From Patescibacteria group bacterium (GTDB lineage: Bacteria > Patescibacteriota > Microgenomatia > Woykebacterales > RBG-16-39-9b), in contig JACZRW010000003.1 in NCBI GenBank assembly GCA_022574495.1, positions 1 through 44,260 on the forward strand: 44,260 nt of DNA, given 5' to 3'. The translations under genes and the position numbers were made by a program. Every line of letters begins with the position of its first letter. Position 1 is the stretch's first letter. The notes under the pieces are model-generated. The model saw nothing but the letters and a program-made list of their open reading frames with translations. It did no database searches and was not told the DNA's origin. This document shows, one piece after another, positions 1-8,572 of the stretch.

Positions 1-503
1 AGCAGGTAACAGACCACTTCATATGGTCCGAGGCCAAACTCGTTGTGGATGAAGCACTCTCGTGCCCTACGAACGCTTCTACCACGGTGCCGCATTCCCA
101 TCTGGACGGGAATAACCAGGTAGTCTCCTGCCGTTTTCCTCTCCAGCTTGGCGATTGCTTCGGCAGTCTTTTCCGAAAGCTCCATAAACGGAGAGTTCAG
201 CCAACCCTCCCTCTGGTTTTTTAAGTTGCGGGTTTTACCCAGCAACTCTAGAACGTTGACGAGTGCCTCGTGGTAGTTACCCGCTATCAAAGAGGGCTTG
301 GGACAGACCAGAAGCTCCTCAGTTCCCAATGGCGTCTGGCGGGAAAGTTCCGTGGACAGTATATCCACTTTACTTCCGTCCAGGTCTGGGAAGGGAAGAC
401 TCAAGGCTAGCAGCTTCCCAAACGCTGGCTTGAACGGATAATCCTCGGGGTACACGTATGACGATTCGGTTGCTTCATTCCTATATAAGTCTGGCGAAAC
501 CAC
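1..503 (-). CDS. Hypothetical protein, 3'-truncated by the window edge (not in the ORF track)
   Basis: GTG at 503 with SD GGAAGGAG at 513-520. Open frame MVSPDLYRNE...QMGMRHRGRSVRRARECFIHNEFGLGPYEVV runs off position 1. TAGACT/TATAAT promoter-like pair on the minus strand at about 576-603. Confidence 0.75.
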   Translation of the reverse strand, partial: MVSPDLYRNEATESSYVYPEDYPFKPAFGKLLALSLPFPDLDGSKVDILSTELSRQTPLGTEELLVCPKPSLIAGNYHEALVNVLELLGKTRNLKNQREGWLNSPFMELSEKTAEAIAKLERKTAGDYLVIPVQMGMRHRGRSVRRARECFIHNEFGLGPYEVVCYL

Positions 504-631
504 CGATATCTTCTCCTTCCTTGAACTACTTATGCATCCCTGCAGATTCTTGACACTATACTCTGTTGGTAAGTTATTATATCAAAATATTTTAAAAAGT
601 CTAACTATGGGTTTTATAATAAGGAATCCAA

Positions 632-738
632 AGGTTTAATGTGAGATCAAACGGTAATATTACATTTATCAAAAGTCCAATATAATTTGTTCAGATATTC
701 GAATAAAGTGTTCGAGTTTACTCCCAGGCCGCTCACCA
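632..738. repeat. 107-bp imperfect direct repeat, copy 1 (att-like, ends GTTCGAG...GCTCACCA)
   Basis: Gapless match to 1703-1809, 80/107 identical by manual count. Confidence 0.85.
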
Positions 739-758
739 AATCCTGTATTTCTTGATAC

Positions 759-787
759 AAAAAGAAAAACGACCCATTGCTAGGTCG
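759..787 (-). terminator. Rho-independent terminator candidate for the 914..1567 gene
   Basis: CGACC-cattgcta-GGTCG stem with an adjacent A-tract (U-tract on the minus strand). Confidence 0.5.
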
Positions 788-913
788 CATTTCCTCCTAA
801 GAAAACCTCTTCGAGATTTGCTAAGGAACTGGAGCAGAGCCGAAAGCTTTGAGGCTATCTCAGCAATCAGATGCTCCAAGGTTCTTGCTCTGAGCTATAG
901 AACCAATGGGCCT

Positions 914-1567
914 TTAGGAGATTGGTGTCTCTTTGACAAGCTTAGTCACCCGTTCGAGGACTAGTGAAACGATAGCCAACTCGAAGATGTCTGAATCCTG
1001 GTCGCCGGACATCAACCCCAAAGACTCTGGCGAAACCGTTTCTATCTCTCCTCTGACGATCTGCCATAGTTCGGAGCTTGGGTCTTCCCGAACCTCTCTG
1101 ATGAAGCTTGGGTTGATACCCTCGTGATTTTCCAGCACCCTACGTGCGAGTTTGTCCAGCGTGTTGTACTCTTTTATATCTTTTTCGAAGTCGAGCTCTG
1201 GTGAAAGTTCACCAGTACGAACCAGCCGATAGATCTCGATCAGATCCGTAACTGTTGGTGCTCGAACATCAACTTCTTGCCACGTTGTGTCGCCTCTGTC
1301 TTCGGTCGTTAGCAGGAGCCGTGCTTCACCTTTCACATAAAGAGCATCACGGCGTAAACCACGATAAATCCTACCCTTGTAGGTACCGTGGGTGACGAGA
1401 TCGTCCGGGAGCTCTGGGATTTCGGCCGTTGGGTCGAATGGGTCTCCGTAGAACTCAAAATAAGCTTTACCCGTCCGCTTGTCTGGCCATAATTCCTTGA
1501 CCCCAGCTTCCCGAACCCTCTCCTTAAACTTCGGATCCTCAGAATTTCCATCTAGCCAAATACGCAC
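914..1567 (-). CDS. Hypothetical protein (217 aa, GC-rich)
   Basis: ORF with GTG start, strong SD GAAGGAGG and its own promoter. No family recognised. Confidence 0.8.
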   Translation of the reverse strand: MRIWLDGNSEDPKFKERVREAGVKELWPDKRTGKAYFEFYGDPFDPTAEIPELPDDLVTHGTYKGRIYRGLRRDALYVKGEARLLLTTEDRGDTTWQEVDVRAPTVTDLIEIYRLVRTGELSPELDFEKDIKEYNTLDKLARRVLENHEGINPSFIREVREDPSSELWQIVRGEIETVSPESLGLMSGDQDSDIFELAIVSLVLERVTKLVKETPIS

Positions 1568-1641
1568 ATCTTCCTCCTTCGGCTATTGAGTCACGTGGCT
1601 GGTTATTCTCCAACCATCAGCCCAAAATTGCCGTGTGCATA

Positions 1642-1670
1642 ACTATACAATACTATAGGTTTAAAGTCAA
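1642..1670 (-). promoter_or_regulatory. Sigma70-type promoter
   Basis: Minus strand TTGACT-17 nt-TATAGT upstream of 914..1567. Confidence 0.6.
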
Positions 1671-1702
1671 GTTTGATGGTACTATTTTTGAGGCTAAGTT
1701 AT

Positions 1703-1809
1703 AGGTTCAGGGTGAGTTCAAACGGAAATGTTGTATCTCCCAAAAGTAAAATAAAGTTTATTGAAATATTCAAATAAAGTGTTCGAGTTTTGGGACAGCG
1801 GGCTCACCA
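1703..1809. repeat. 107-bp imperfect direct repeat, copy 2
   Basis: See 632-738. Confidence 0.85.
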
Positions 1810-1976
1810 TACGTCTTCTTTAGATAATAAGCTAGTTGTAAGGTTAGCTTTTTGTTTATAATAGTAACAATTAACAGTACTAAGTACGTGAAGTAGTGGA
1901 AGACCTGTTTTTTATTAGACTCAGCTTGACTTTTCAAAGGTAAAGAAGGTAACTATTAGTTTGAGAAAATTAATGT

Positions 1977-2939
1977 ATGCTAGAAGGTAAAAAATGGTTG
2001 TCAGAAATTAGGAAATTAAGATTGGTTCCATTTATGATGATTTTAATAATAGCATTTGGTTTTTTGTTGGCAGTTTTGGTTTTAATACTGTTATTCGCGT
2101 TTACTCCAGCCGATAGACAGGTATTATTATCCAGACCGAAAAACCTGACTTTTGATGGGTTAGAGAGAACTTACCGAATACATGATCCTAAAACTAGTGG
2201 AAAGAAATCATTAATTATTGGGCTTCATGCTCTAGGAGGAAGTGGTAGACGTTTTTCCTACTTCACTGGACTTCATAATGTCGTGGGCGAAAATACAATC
2301 GTAGTCTATCCTGACGCCGTTTTATCAAATAAGAAGGGTTTAAAAGCAGGTTGGAACTCAACATATTGCTGCGGAACTGGACTTGAGAATAATATTGATG
2401 ATGCGGGGTTCATTTTGGCTCTTATAGAGAGGATTACTCAGGATTATGATATAGACCAGTCAAAAATTTTTATCACCGGATTTTCTAATGGTGCCACAAT
2501 GTCTCAATATCTAGCGACTGAGTATCCGAAAAAATTTGCTGGAATAGCTGCTATATCTGGATCAGTAGGCGTCGAAAAAAAGGTATTAAAACCTTCGAGC
2601 GCAGTTCCAATACTGCTCGCTCACGGCATGAGAGATGAGAGTATTCCATTCAAGGGTGGCCTCTCTGGTGATGATGGCTTCTTTAATTGGTTAGATTTCA
2701 CTACCACCGTAAATACTTGGAGAGATGTAAACGGTTGTAACCAAGAAACTAAGATCATAGAAAAATCTAAAACTCGTGAGATTATCGACTACGAGGGCTG
2801 TGATTCATTAGTTCGTAGCGTTATTTATCCAAACTTAGGCCATCAATGGGACGACTGGCGCGTTGGCCAGTTTTGGCGTAGAACACCAAGAGGTTCGAAA
2901 TTAGTAGTCTCGTTTTTCGAAAACGTTTCTAATAATTAG
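1977..2939 (+). CDS. Membrane-anchored PHB-depolymerase/LpqC-like alpha/beta hydrolase (true start may be about 2034)
   Basis: N-terminal TM segment, oxyanion LHALGG, WN..YCCG, IDD.GFI, nucleophile GFSNG, HG..D..IP, GHQW. Confidence 0.85.
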   Translation: MLEGKKWLSEIRKLRLVPFMMILIIAFGFLLAVLVLILLFAFTPADRQVLLSRPKNLTFDGLERTYRIHDPKTSGKKSLIIGLHALGGSGRRFSYFTGLHNVVGENTIVVYPDAVLSNKKGLKAGWNSTYCCGTGLENNIDDAGFILALIERITQDYDIDQSKIFITGFSNGATMSQYLATEYPKKFAGIAAISGSVGVEKKVLKPSSAVPILLAHGMRDESIPFKGGLSGDDGFFNWLDFTTTVNTWRDVNGCNQETKIIEKSKTREIIDYEGCDSLVRSVIYPNLGHQWDDWRVGQFWRRTPRGSKLVVSFFENVSNN

Positions 2940-3050
2940 GTGGGTAAATTATTCCTGCTTGAGTAACTTTTACTTGTTTACAAATATCTTTGAATCGATG
3001 AACCACTACTTGGTCTTATTAGGAATTAGAAAATCTTACTTAGTTTGAAC

Positions 3051-3257
3051 TTAAGTATCTTGGCTGCGTTCTTGATCGAATAGATTATTTATTCTACGAG
3101 CGATAGATTTTTCATCCGGAAAATCTGCCGGAGTAATAATCCTCCAGGTCTCATCATTCCCAATGTCAAAATTGTATCGAAGCTCATTCTCCCTGGCCCC
3201 TTCAATATCTATCCCTATATTTGGTTTTACATACTCTCTAATTTTTTTAAAATCCAT
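3051..3257 (-). CDS. Small hypothetical protein
   Basis: ATG start with SD AAGGAG upstream, 68 aa. Confidence 0.5.
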   Translation of the reverse strand: MDFKKIREYVKPNIGIDIEGARENELRYNFDIGNDETWRIITPADFPDEKSIARRINNLFDQERSQDT

Positions 3258-3297
3258 CTTTGACTCCTTATTTATTAGTATATACTTTAATCTTAGT

Positions 3298-3480
3298 TTA
3301 GTCTCTTACATCTGTTCCCGGAGGGTAACAATGCTGAGGTCCATTTGGGAATTTAGATTTATCAAGTAATCCTTTGAATGGAAAGTGTCCATCCTCTTTG
3401 GTACTATTCCAACCATCCAATAAATGTTTTGATGAGCTATATTTATCCCACCAAGAAAGAAATTCTTTGTTTATATAATC
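3298..3480 (-). pseudogene. Possible 3' gene remnant
   Basis: About 60-codon stop-free frame DYINKEFLSWWDKY...QHCYPPGTDVRD* preceded directly by TAG, with no start codon at its 5' end. Confidence 0.3.
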
Positions 3481-3574
3481 CTAGTATTATTTAATTATAT
3501 AACTTTTTTAGGCCTGATTTAACCTAGGAAACGGAATTTTGACTTTTAAACTTAAAAAATAGATAATTATAATA

Positions 3575-4102
3575 ATGTCTGCTCAATCAAGGGTTAATCA
3601 GTATCCCCCACAACCTCAACAACAAGTAGGACAACCTCGAAATCCAGTTTCTCCACCAAGTCAAGTTACGGGAGGTAAAAAAAATGGGTCTCCTATCTTT
3701 TCAATAGTAGGTGTTGTGGTGGTGACAATTGTTTTATTTTTTGGTGGGTTATTTTATCTTCAATACTTACAAAACCAAAACATCGAGGATAGTGGGAAAA
3801 TGGAAGAGGAAAATAAGGAAAAAGAGGAACTCCAGCTTAAGCAATTAGAGGAAAATGTAAAGAATGATCAGATAAGGAAGTTGGATATAACTTCAATAAA
3901 GGGTGGGCTCTCAGAATACTTTGAGAAAAATAAATTGTACCCAGAAAAATTAGAGGTTTTAACACCGGATTATTTGACCGTAATACCCTTAGATCCAGTA
4001 TCAAAAGTGCCCTACTTTTACGAACCAAACGAAGATTTTACAAAATATGAGCTCTCCGCCAAATTAAGCGACGATGGTAATTTCACTGTACAAAGTAACT
4101 AA
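3575..4102 (+). CDS. Membrane-anchored pilin/GspG-like protein
   Basis: TM helix followed by D..RK.DI..I...L..YF.....YP..L..L...YL..IP.DP....Y.Y, typical of pseudopilin globular domains. Confidence 0.65.
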   Translation: MSAQSRVNQYPPQPQQQVGQPRNPVSPPSQVTGGKKNGSPIFSIVGVVVVTIVLFFGGLFYLQYLQNQNIEDSGKMEEENKEKEELQLKQLEENVKNDQIRKLDITSIKGGLSEYFEKNKLYPEKLEVLTPDYLTVIPLDPVSKVPYFYEPNEDFTKYELSAKLSDDGNFTVQSN

Positions 4103-4555
4103 CTACCCCCAAAGGTTGTACGGTTTATAGGCGAGGCTTACATTCCAATATTTTTTGTCAGTGGTGACTTCTTTTGAAATCCACAGTGGTCTTTGAAATT
4201 CTTCGTTCAATCTTTTTAGCTCTATTTCAGCAATTATTAAACCTTTGTTAGCCCCTTCAAAAACGTCAATTTCCCAAACATTACCGTTCACTTTTATATT
4301 GTATCTAGTTTTTTCAATTTGGTTACTACACCTATAAATCATGCTTTTCGCATCAGCAATAGGAATAGAAATATCGTACTCAATGTTTAGACCCCCTTCT
4401 CTGAATTTTATAGTTAGGTAGCCCTTTTTGTTTTTAATTCTAGCCCGAACAACAGGGTCAGTGGATAAATAGGCTTGAACTATTTTCTGTCCTCTCTTTA
4501 GTCTTGGAAGTCTATCTGGAAAGACCAGATATTTTCTCTCAATTTCCTTCTTCAT
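4103..4555 (-). CDS. CYTH-domain protein (triphosphate tunnel metalloenzyme)
   Basis: EIERKY, VRARI, LTIK, IEKTRY, WEIDVF and AEIE motifs. Confidence 0.92.
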   Translation of the reverse strand: MKKEIERKYLVFPDRLPRLKRGQKIVQAYLSTDPVVRARIKNKKGYLTIKFREGGLNIEYDISIPIADAKSMIYRCSNQIEKTRYNIKVNGNVWEIDVFEGANKGLIIAEIELKRLNEEFQRPLWISKEVTTDKKYWNVSLAYKPYNLWG

Positions 4556-4556
4556 T

Positions 4557-6845
4557 TTATTTTTTGCGGGAGACTACCACTCTTTTTTCCGCCTCGTAGA
4601 CAGTATTTCTTGTACTTTCAATCATATCTGGAGTGACTGAAATAGAATCTATACCCCATTCTATAACCTTATCAACTAATTGAGGGGACAGAACTGTATT
4701 TTGACCTACTAAAGTGGAGTACACTCTTTTCCTTCTTGCTTCTTTTATTACTCTCTCCAAAGCCCAAAGCACACTTTTATCTAAATCAGAGAAATATTTA
4801 AAAATTTTCTCATTTCCTCTATCTGCACCTAGCAAAAGGGAAGTTAAATCAGCAAGATCTATTGAGATCCCATCTATACCAATATCCAAAAATTTATCTA
4901 TTAGAAACACTGTTGAAGGTACTTCAACCGAAAGAATTAGCTTAAACGTGGACGATCGATGTAAACCAGATGCGGCTACCATTCTTTTTATATTTGCCAT
5001 TTCCTCTAGGGTTCTTACGTAAGGAATAAGAAGCCAAAGGTTCTTAAGATTTAGCTTATTTCGAACATATTTGATAGCTTCTAGCTCAAGACTAAAAATT
5101 TCTGGTTCGGATATATACCTTATAGCCCCTCTAAACCCGAGAAGTGGGTTTTCCTCTTCGATCTCATATTGACTTCCATTCTTAAAGTTTTTGTATTCAT
5201 TACTGGTATAGTCCGACACTCTATACACTACTGGTCTTGGATCAAATGAGGCACAAGATATCTTCAAACCTTCGATTATTTTTTTAATGTACAAATCCTT
5301 TTTATTCTTCTCTATTAGTTTTTTTGGGTGAATACCTATTTCCGAAATTAAAAATTCGGCTCGAAGAAGCCCAACGCCATCCACATTTTTCTGTGAAATC
5401 TCGTAGGCTAAGGTAGAATCCACCAGATTCACAAATATTTTCGTAGCGGTTTTTTTATCGGCTGGCTCTTTCTTATTTGAGGCACTTTTATCCTCAAAAC
5501 TAGCTACCAATCTACTAATTCGTTTATATGGTAATCCTCCTTTATAAACTATACCGGTAGATCCATTGACCGTAACTACGGTATCCGGCTTTATCATATT
5601 GGTTGCTATAGATGTACCGACAACACAAGGTAAACCCATTTCGCGGGCTATGATTGCGGCGTGTGAGGTCTCACCGCCTTTATCAGTTATAACTGCAGCC
5701 GCCTTTTTTAAGGCTGCGATAAAGTTGTGATTATTTACAGGAAGTACTAAAATGTCGCCCCTTTTCACTCTTGCGACTTGTTTTGAAGACTTAATAATTT
5801 TTGCCACTCCTTGAGCGATTCCAGGAGAAGTAGGGGTTCCCTTTACTAAAACAGGTAGATTAATCTCGGTTTTTTCGAATTTTTCATCTGGTTCACTTTC
5901 TGCTGAAGTAACCGGACGAGACTGTAAGATGTATAATTTATTATTCTCGATAGCCCATTCGATATCCTGTGGGAAAAGATAGGTATTTTCTATCTTCCTC
6001 CCTATTTTGGCCAGTTCAATAATTTTTTCATCTGATACCTTCTGAATATTTTGATAGGCGGCGGATACAGGTATTTCCTTATTCTGTTCCTTTGCTAATA
6101 TTAGTTGCGTAGTTTGAGTACTTATTTTTTTATTTATAATAGTAAAACTGCTTTTGGCCACTTCGTAATGATCTGGAGTAACCACGCCCTCAACAATTAA
6201 ATTACCCAGCCCCCAAACAGACTCTATTACAAGTCTGTCCTTATTATTTGTCATTGGATCTACGGTAAGCATGACTCCAGAAACTTCGGATTGAACCATC
6301 TCTTGTATTATTACGGCGACTCCAATTTTTGATTTTCCTAACCCACTTTCTTTGAGATATAAAAGTGCTCTTGGATTATAAAGCGAGGCCCAACATTTTT
6401 TTATTGATGATAGTATGTTGTCAAGATTATTTAGATTTAGGAAGGTGTCCAATTGGCCAGCAAAGGATTTTACCGATAAATCCTCGACTGTTGCAGATGA
6501 ACGAACGGCGACATATCCCTTTGAATTCGATAGTTTTTTGTATTCATTTCTTACCTCGGATATGATTTCTTCCGGTAGCGGAGAAGATTTTATTACATCT
6601 TTAATATGCTCTGAGATTTCATCAACCAGCTCTTGGTTATTATAATCAAGCTTCCCAAGTATTTCTTCTACTCTTACACCAAGTTTATTTTTCTCTAGAA
6701 ATTCAAAATATGCCTTTGAAGTTACAACAAACCCATCAGGAACTGGAGACCCAATCCTTCTTATCTCACCAAGATTTGCACCTTTACCACCCACTATATC
6801 TACATCTTCCTTATCTATTTGAGAAAACCAAACAATATATTTCAT
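4557..6845 (-). CDS. ppsA: PEP synthase (pyruvate,water dikinase)-family protein with a degenerate C-terminal site
   Basis: GGKGANLGE, AVRSSAT.ED...SFAGQ, QDIEWA, phospho-His TSHAAI, GLLRAEF, EENPLLGFRG. Confidence 0.8.
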   Translation of the reverse strand: MKYIVWFSQIDKEDVDIVGGKGANLGEIRRIGSPVPDGFVVTSKAYFEFLEKNKLGVRVEEILGKLDYNNQELVDEISEHIKDVIKSSPLPEEIISEVRNEYKKLSNSKGYVAVRSSATVEDLSVKSFAGQLDTFLNLNNLDNILSSIKKCWASLYNPRALLYLKESGLGKSKIGVAVIIQEMVQSEVSGVMLTVDPMTNNKDRLVIESVWGLGNLIVEGVVTPDHYEVAKSSFTIINKKISTQTTQLILAKEQNKEIPVSAAYQNIQKVSDEKIIELAKIGRKIENTYLFPQDIEWAIENNKLYILQSRPVTSAESEPDEKFEKTEINLPVLVKGTPTSPGIAQGVAKIIKSSKQVARVKRGDILVLPVNNHNFIAALKKAAAVITDKGGETSHAAIIAREMGLPCVVGTSIATNMIKPDTVVTVNGSTGIVYKGGLPYKRISRLVASFEDKSASNKKEPADKKTATKIFVNLVDSTLAYEISQKNVDGVGLLRAEFLISEIGIHPKKLIEKNKKDLYIKKIIEGLKISCASFDPRPVVYRVSDYTSNEYKNFKNGSQYEIEEENPLLGFRGAIRYISEPEIFSLELEAIKYVRNKLNLKNLWLLIPYVRTLEEMANIKRMVAASGLHRSSTFKLILSVEVPSTVFLIDKFLDIGIDGISIDLADLTSLLLGADRGNEKIFKYFSDLDKSVLWALERVIKEARRKRVYSTLVGQNTVLSPQLVDKVIEWGIDSISVTPDMIESTRNTVYEAEKRVVVSRKK

Positions 6846-6874
6846 GGTAGAATTTTCTACTAAAAATTCTACCA
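6845..6874. promoter_or_regulatory. 12-bp perfect inverted repeat at the ppsA start
   Basis: TGGTAGAATTTT-ctacta-AAAATTCTACCA. Confidence 0.6.
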
Positions 6875-6903
6875 GTAGGGGCAGCTAAAGACAATGAGTG
6901 GTT

Positions 6904-7590
6904 CTAGTCCTGATCTTGAATCATCTCTCGTCTCAACTTTTTTAATATCATTTCCGCCGTTTCCCTACCACCAAGACCAAAAGCAAGACCACCAGCGATT
7001 GCAAACATCGCTACTAAACCCGTAAATAGTATTCTGATCAAATCAGTGGCTACACCTAGTTGATTTAGAGCCGCGAGAATAGAAAAAATTAGTATTGCCC
7101 AACGGCCAACTTGACCTATTACCCCCGCCGCTTGAGTACCAAGACTGGCGGCAGTTACGGTTATCAAATCCCTTGCGATTTTTGCAAGAACAGCACCCAC
7201 TGCAATTATAATAACCGCCACGACAACGTTAGGGATATACAACAATATTGCCGTTAATACCTCATTTGCTGCGCCAAGACCAAGTTGATCTATCGCTGGT
7301 ATAAGAAAAATAATAATCAAAAACCAGCGTACCAATTCTCCTAATAAACTAGTTGTAGTTACACCAGTCCCCACACTTTTAAGTGCCTCTGGAATAACTG
7401 TTTTCGAAAGAAGCTTTTCTAATCTGATTGCCTCTAACACTCTAGTCAAAGCGTTCTTTACTAAAACAGCGAGGATAACCCCAATAATAAATATTAAGGT
7501 TGCAGCAATCAAATTTGGAAGAAAATTTGCTGTATTTACTAACGCGTCATTCAAAGCTTGAAGAGACGCATTTGTAACTTCTTGAATCAT
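6904..7590 (-). CDS. Conserved TM-helix repeat protein (MscS-associated/CmpX-like)
   Basis: Two FLPNLIAA/YIPNVVVA repeats, C-terminal GLAFGLGGR, SD GGAGGTG. Confidence 0.85.
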   Translation of the reverse strand: MIQEVTNASLQALNDALVNTANFLPNLIAATLIFIIGVILAVLVKNALTRVLEAIRLEKLLSKTVIPEALKSVGTGVTTTSLLGELVRWFLIIIFLIPAIDQLGLGAANEVLTAILLYIPNVVVAVIIIAVGAVLAKIARDLITVTAASLGTQAAGVIGQVGRWAILIFSILAALNQLGVATDLIRILFTGLVAMFAIAGGLAFGLGGRETAEMILKKLRREMIQDQD

Positions 7591-7703
7591 AATTTCACCT
7601 CCTTCTTAAAAATAATTAGTGAAAATAGTATACCACTAATAACTGGTCGTAAGCACTTTCATCACAAGAATAGGACAAAGAGCCCACAACAAATTAGTTC
7701 GAA

Positions 7704-8369
7704 TTATTTCGATCTTTCTATTAGTTTCCTAACTAATTCCATTGCTTGATCCTTTGCACCCAGTCCAAAAGCTAATGCTGAACTTGCAATAGTTGCTATT
7801 ATTAATATTCTTATTATCTCAACACTGACACCCAATTGAAGTAGTGCTTGAAGCGCTGCAAAAATTACAATTGCTACGTAAACAGTATTCGCAATTAGGT
7901 GAGCTGGGTTGTTCCCTACCAAAACGGCTAGCGTTTGAGTAATTCGATGAGCAAACCAAGCGAATACAAACCCAAATATTAGGAACAACGAGGCTAAAAT
8001 AACGTTGGGGACGTATCCTACAATGGTAAACAGTACATCCTCTGGACCAACTATTCCAAGAGATTGAACAGCTGGAACAATGAAAACAAATATGGCGAGC
8101 CACCTAAGTACTTCGCCCAGGAAATTTGTTAGATTCATCTCTTCATGCGATTTCAGTAATTTTTGATAAACTGACCATCTGCTAAGAGCTTTTTCTAAAT
8201 TTGTGGCCTGGGAAATTTCTACCAGGATTCTTTTGAGTAGCGCTCCAATAATCAAACCTAATGCCAAAGTGATTATCGCAGCAATTATGTTGGAAAAAAT
8301 ACTTCCAAAAGATACGAAGAATGTATTTATTGAATCCTGTGAAAGAGTAATGTAGTCCTGTAGTGTCAT
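7704..8369 (-). CDS. Paralogous TM-helix repeat protein
   Basis: LGEVLRW, YVPNVILA, ALAFGLGAK, SD GGAGGTG. Confidence 0.8.
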   Translation of the reverse strand: MTLQDYITLSQDSINTFFVSFGSIFSNIIAAIITLALGLIIGALLKRILVEISQATNLEKALSRWSVYQKLLKSHEEMNLTNFLGEVLRWLAIFVFIVPAVQSLGIVGPEDVLFTIVGYVPNVILASLFLIFGFVFAWFAHRITQTLAVLVGNNPAHLIANTVYVAIVIFAALQALLQLGVSVEIIRILIIATIASSALAFGLGAKDQAMELVRKLIERSK

Positions 8370-8572
8370 ATTTTCACCTCCCTTCGATTAGATATTTGTT
8401 ATATTTACTAATCCATTTCTTCTTTAGGTGAAAGGACATATCAATTGGGACAAAGGCAGAATTATCCTTACTATCAGTCTACTACTATATTTTATTTATT
8501 GTCAATATATAATTTTATAGGCCAGATTGCTACCCTTGTAAAAAGGCCAACAATATTGTAAATTAAATAGTT

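Noticed and set aside
823-886. Hammerhead ribozyme
   Set aside because: The CUGAnGA and GAAA core elements are not present together on one strand.
632-1809. CRISPR array or true tRNA genes
   Set aside because: Only two long degenerate copies 1 kb apart, no cas genes, no D or anticodon arm, and the T-loop to CCA spacing is 5 nt too long.
2938-3050. Further copy of the att-like unit after the esterase
   Set aside because: GGTG start and a vaguely similar peptide, but no TTCGAAC at the register, so too weak to call.
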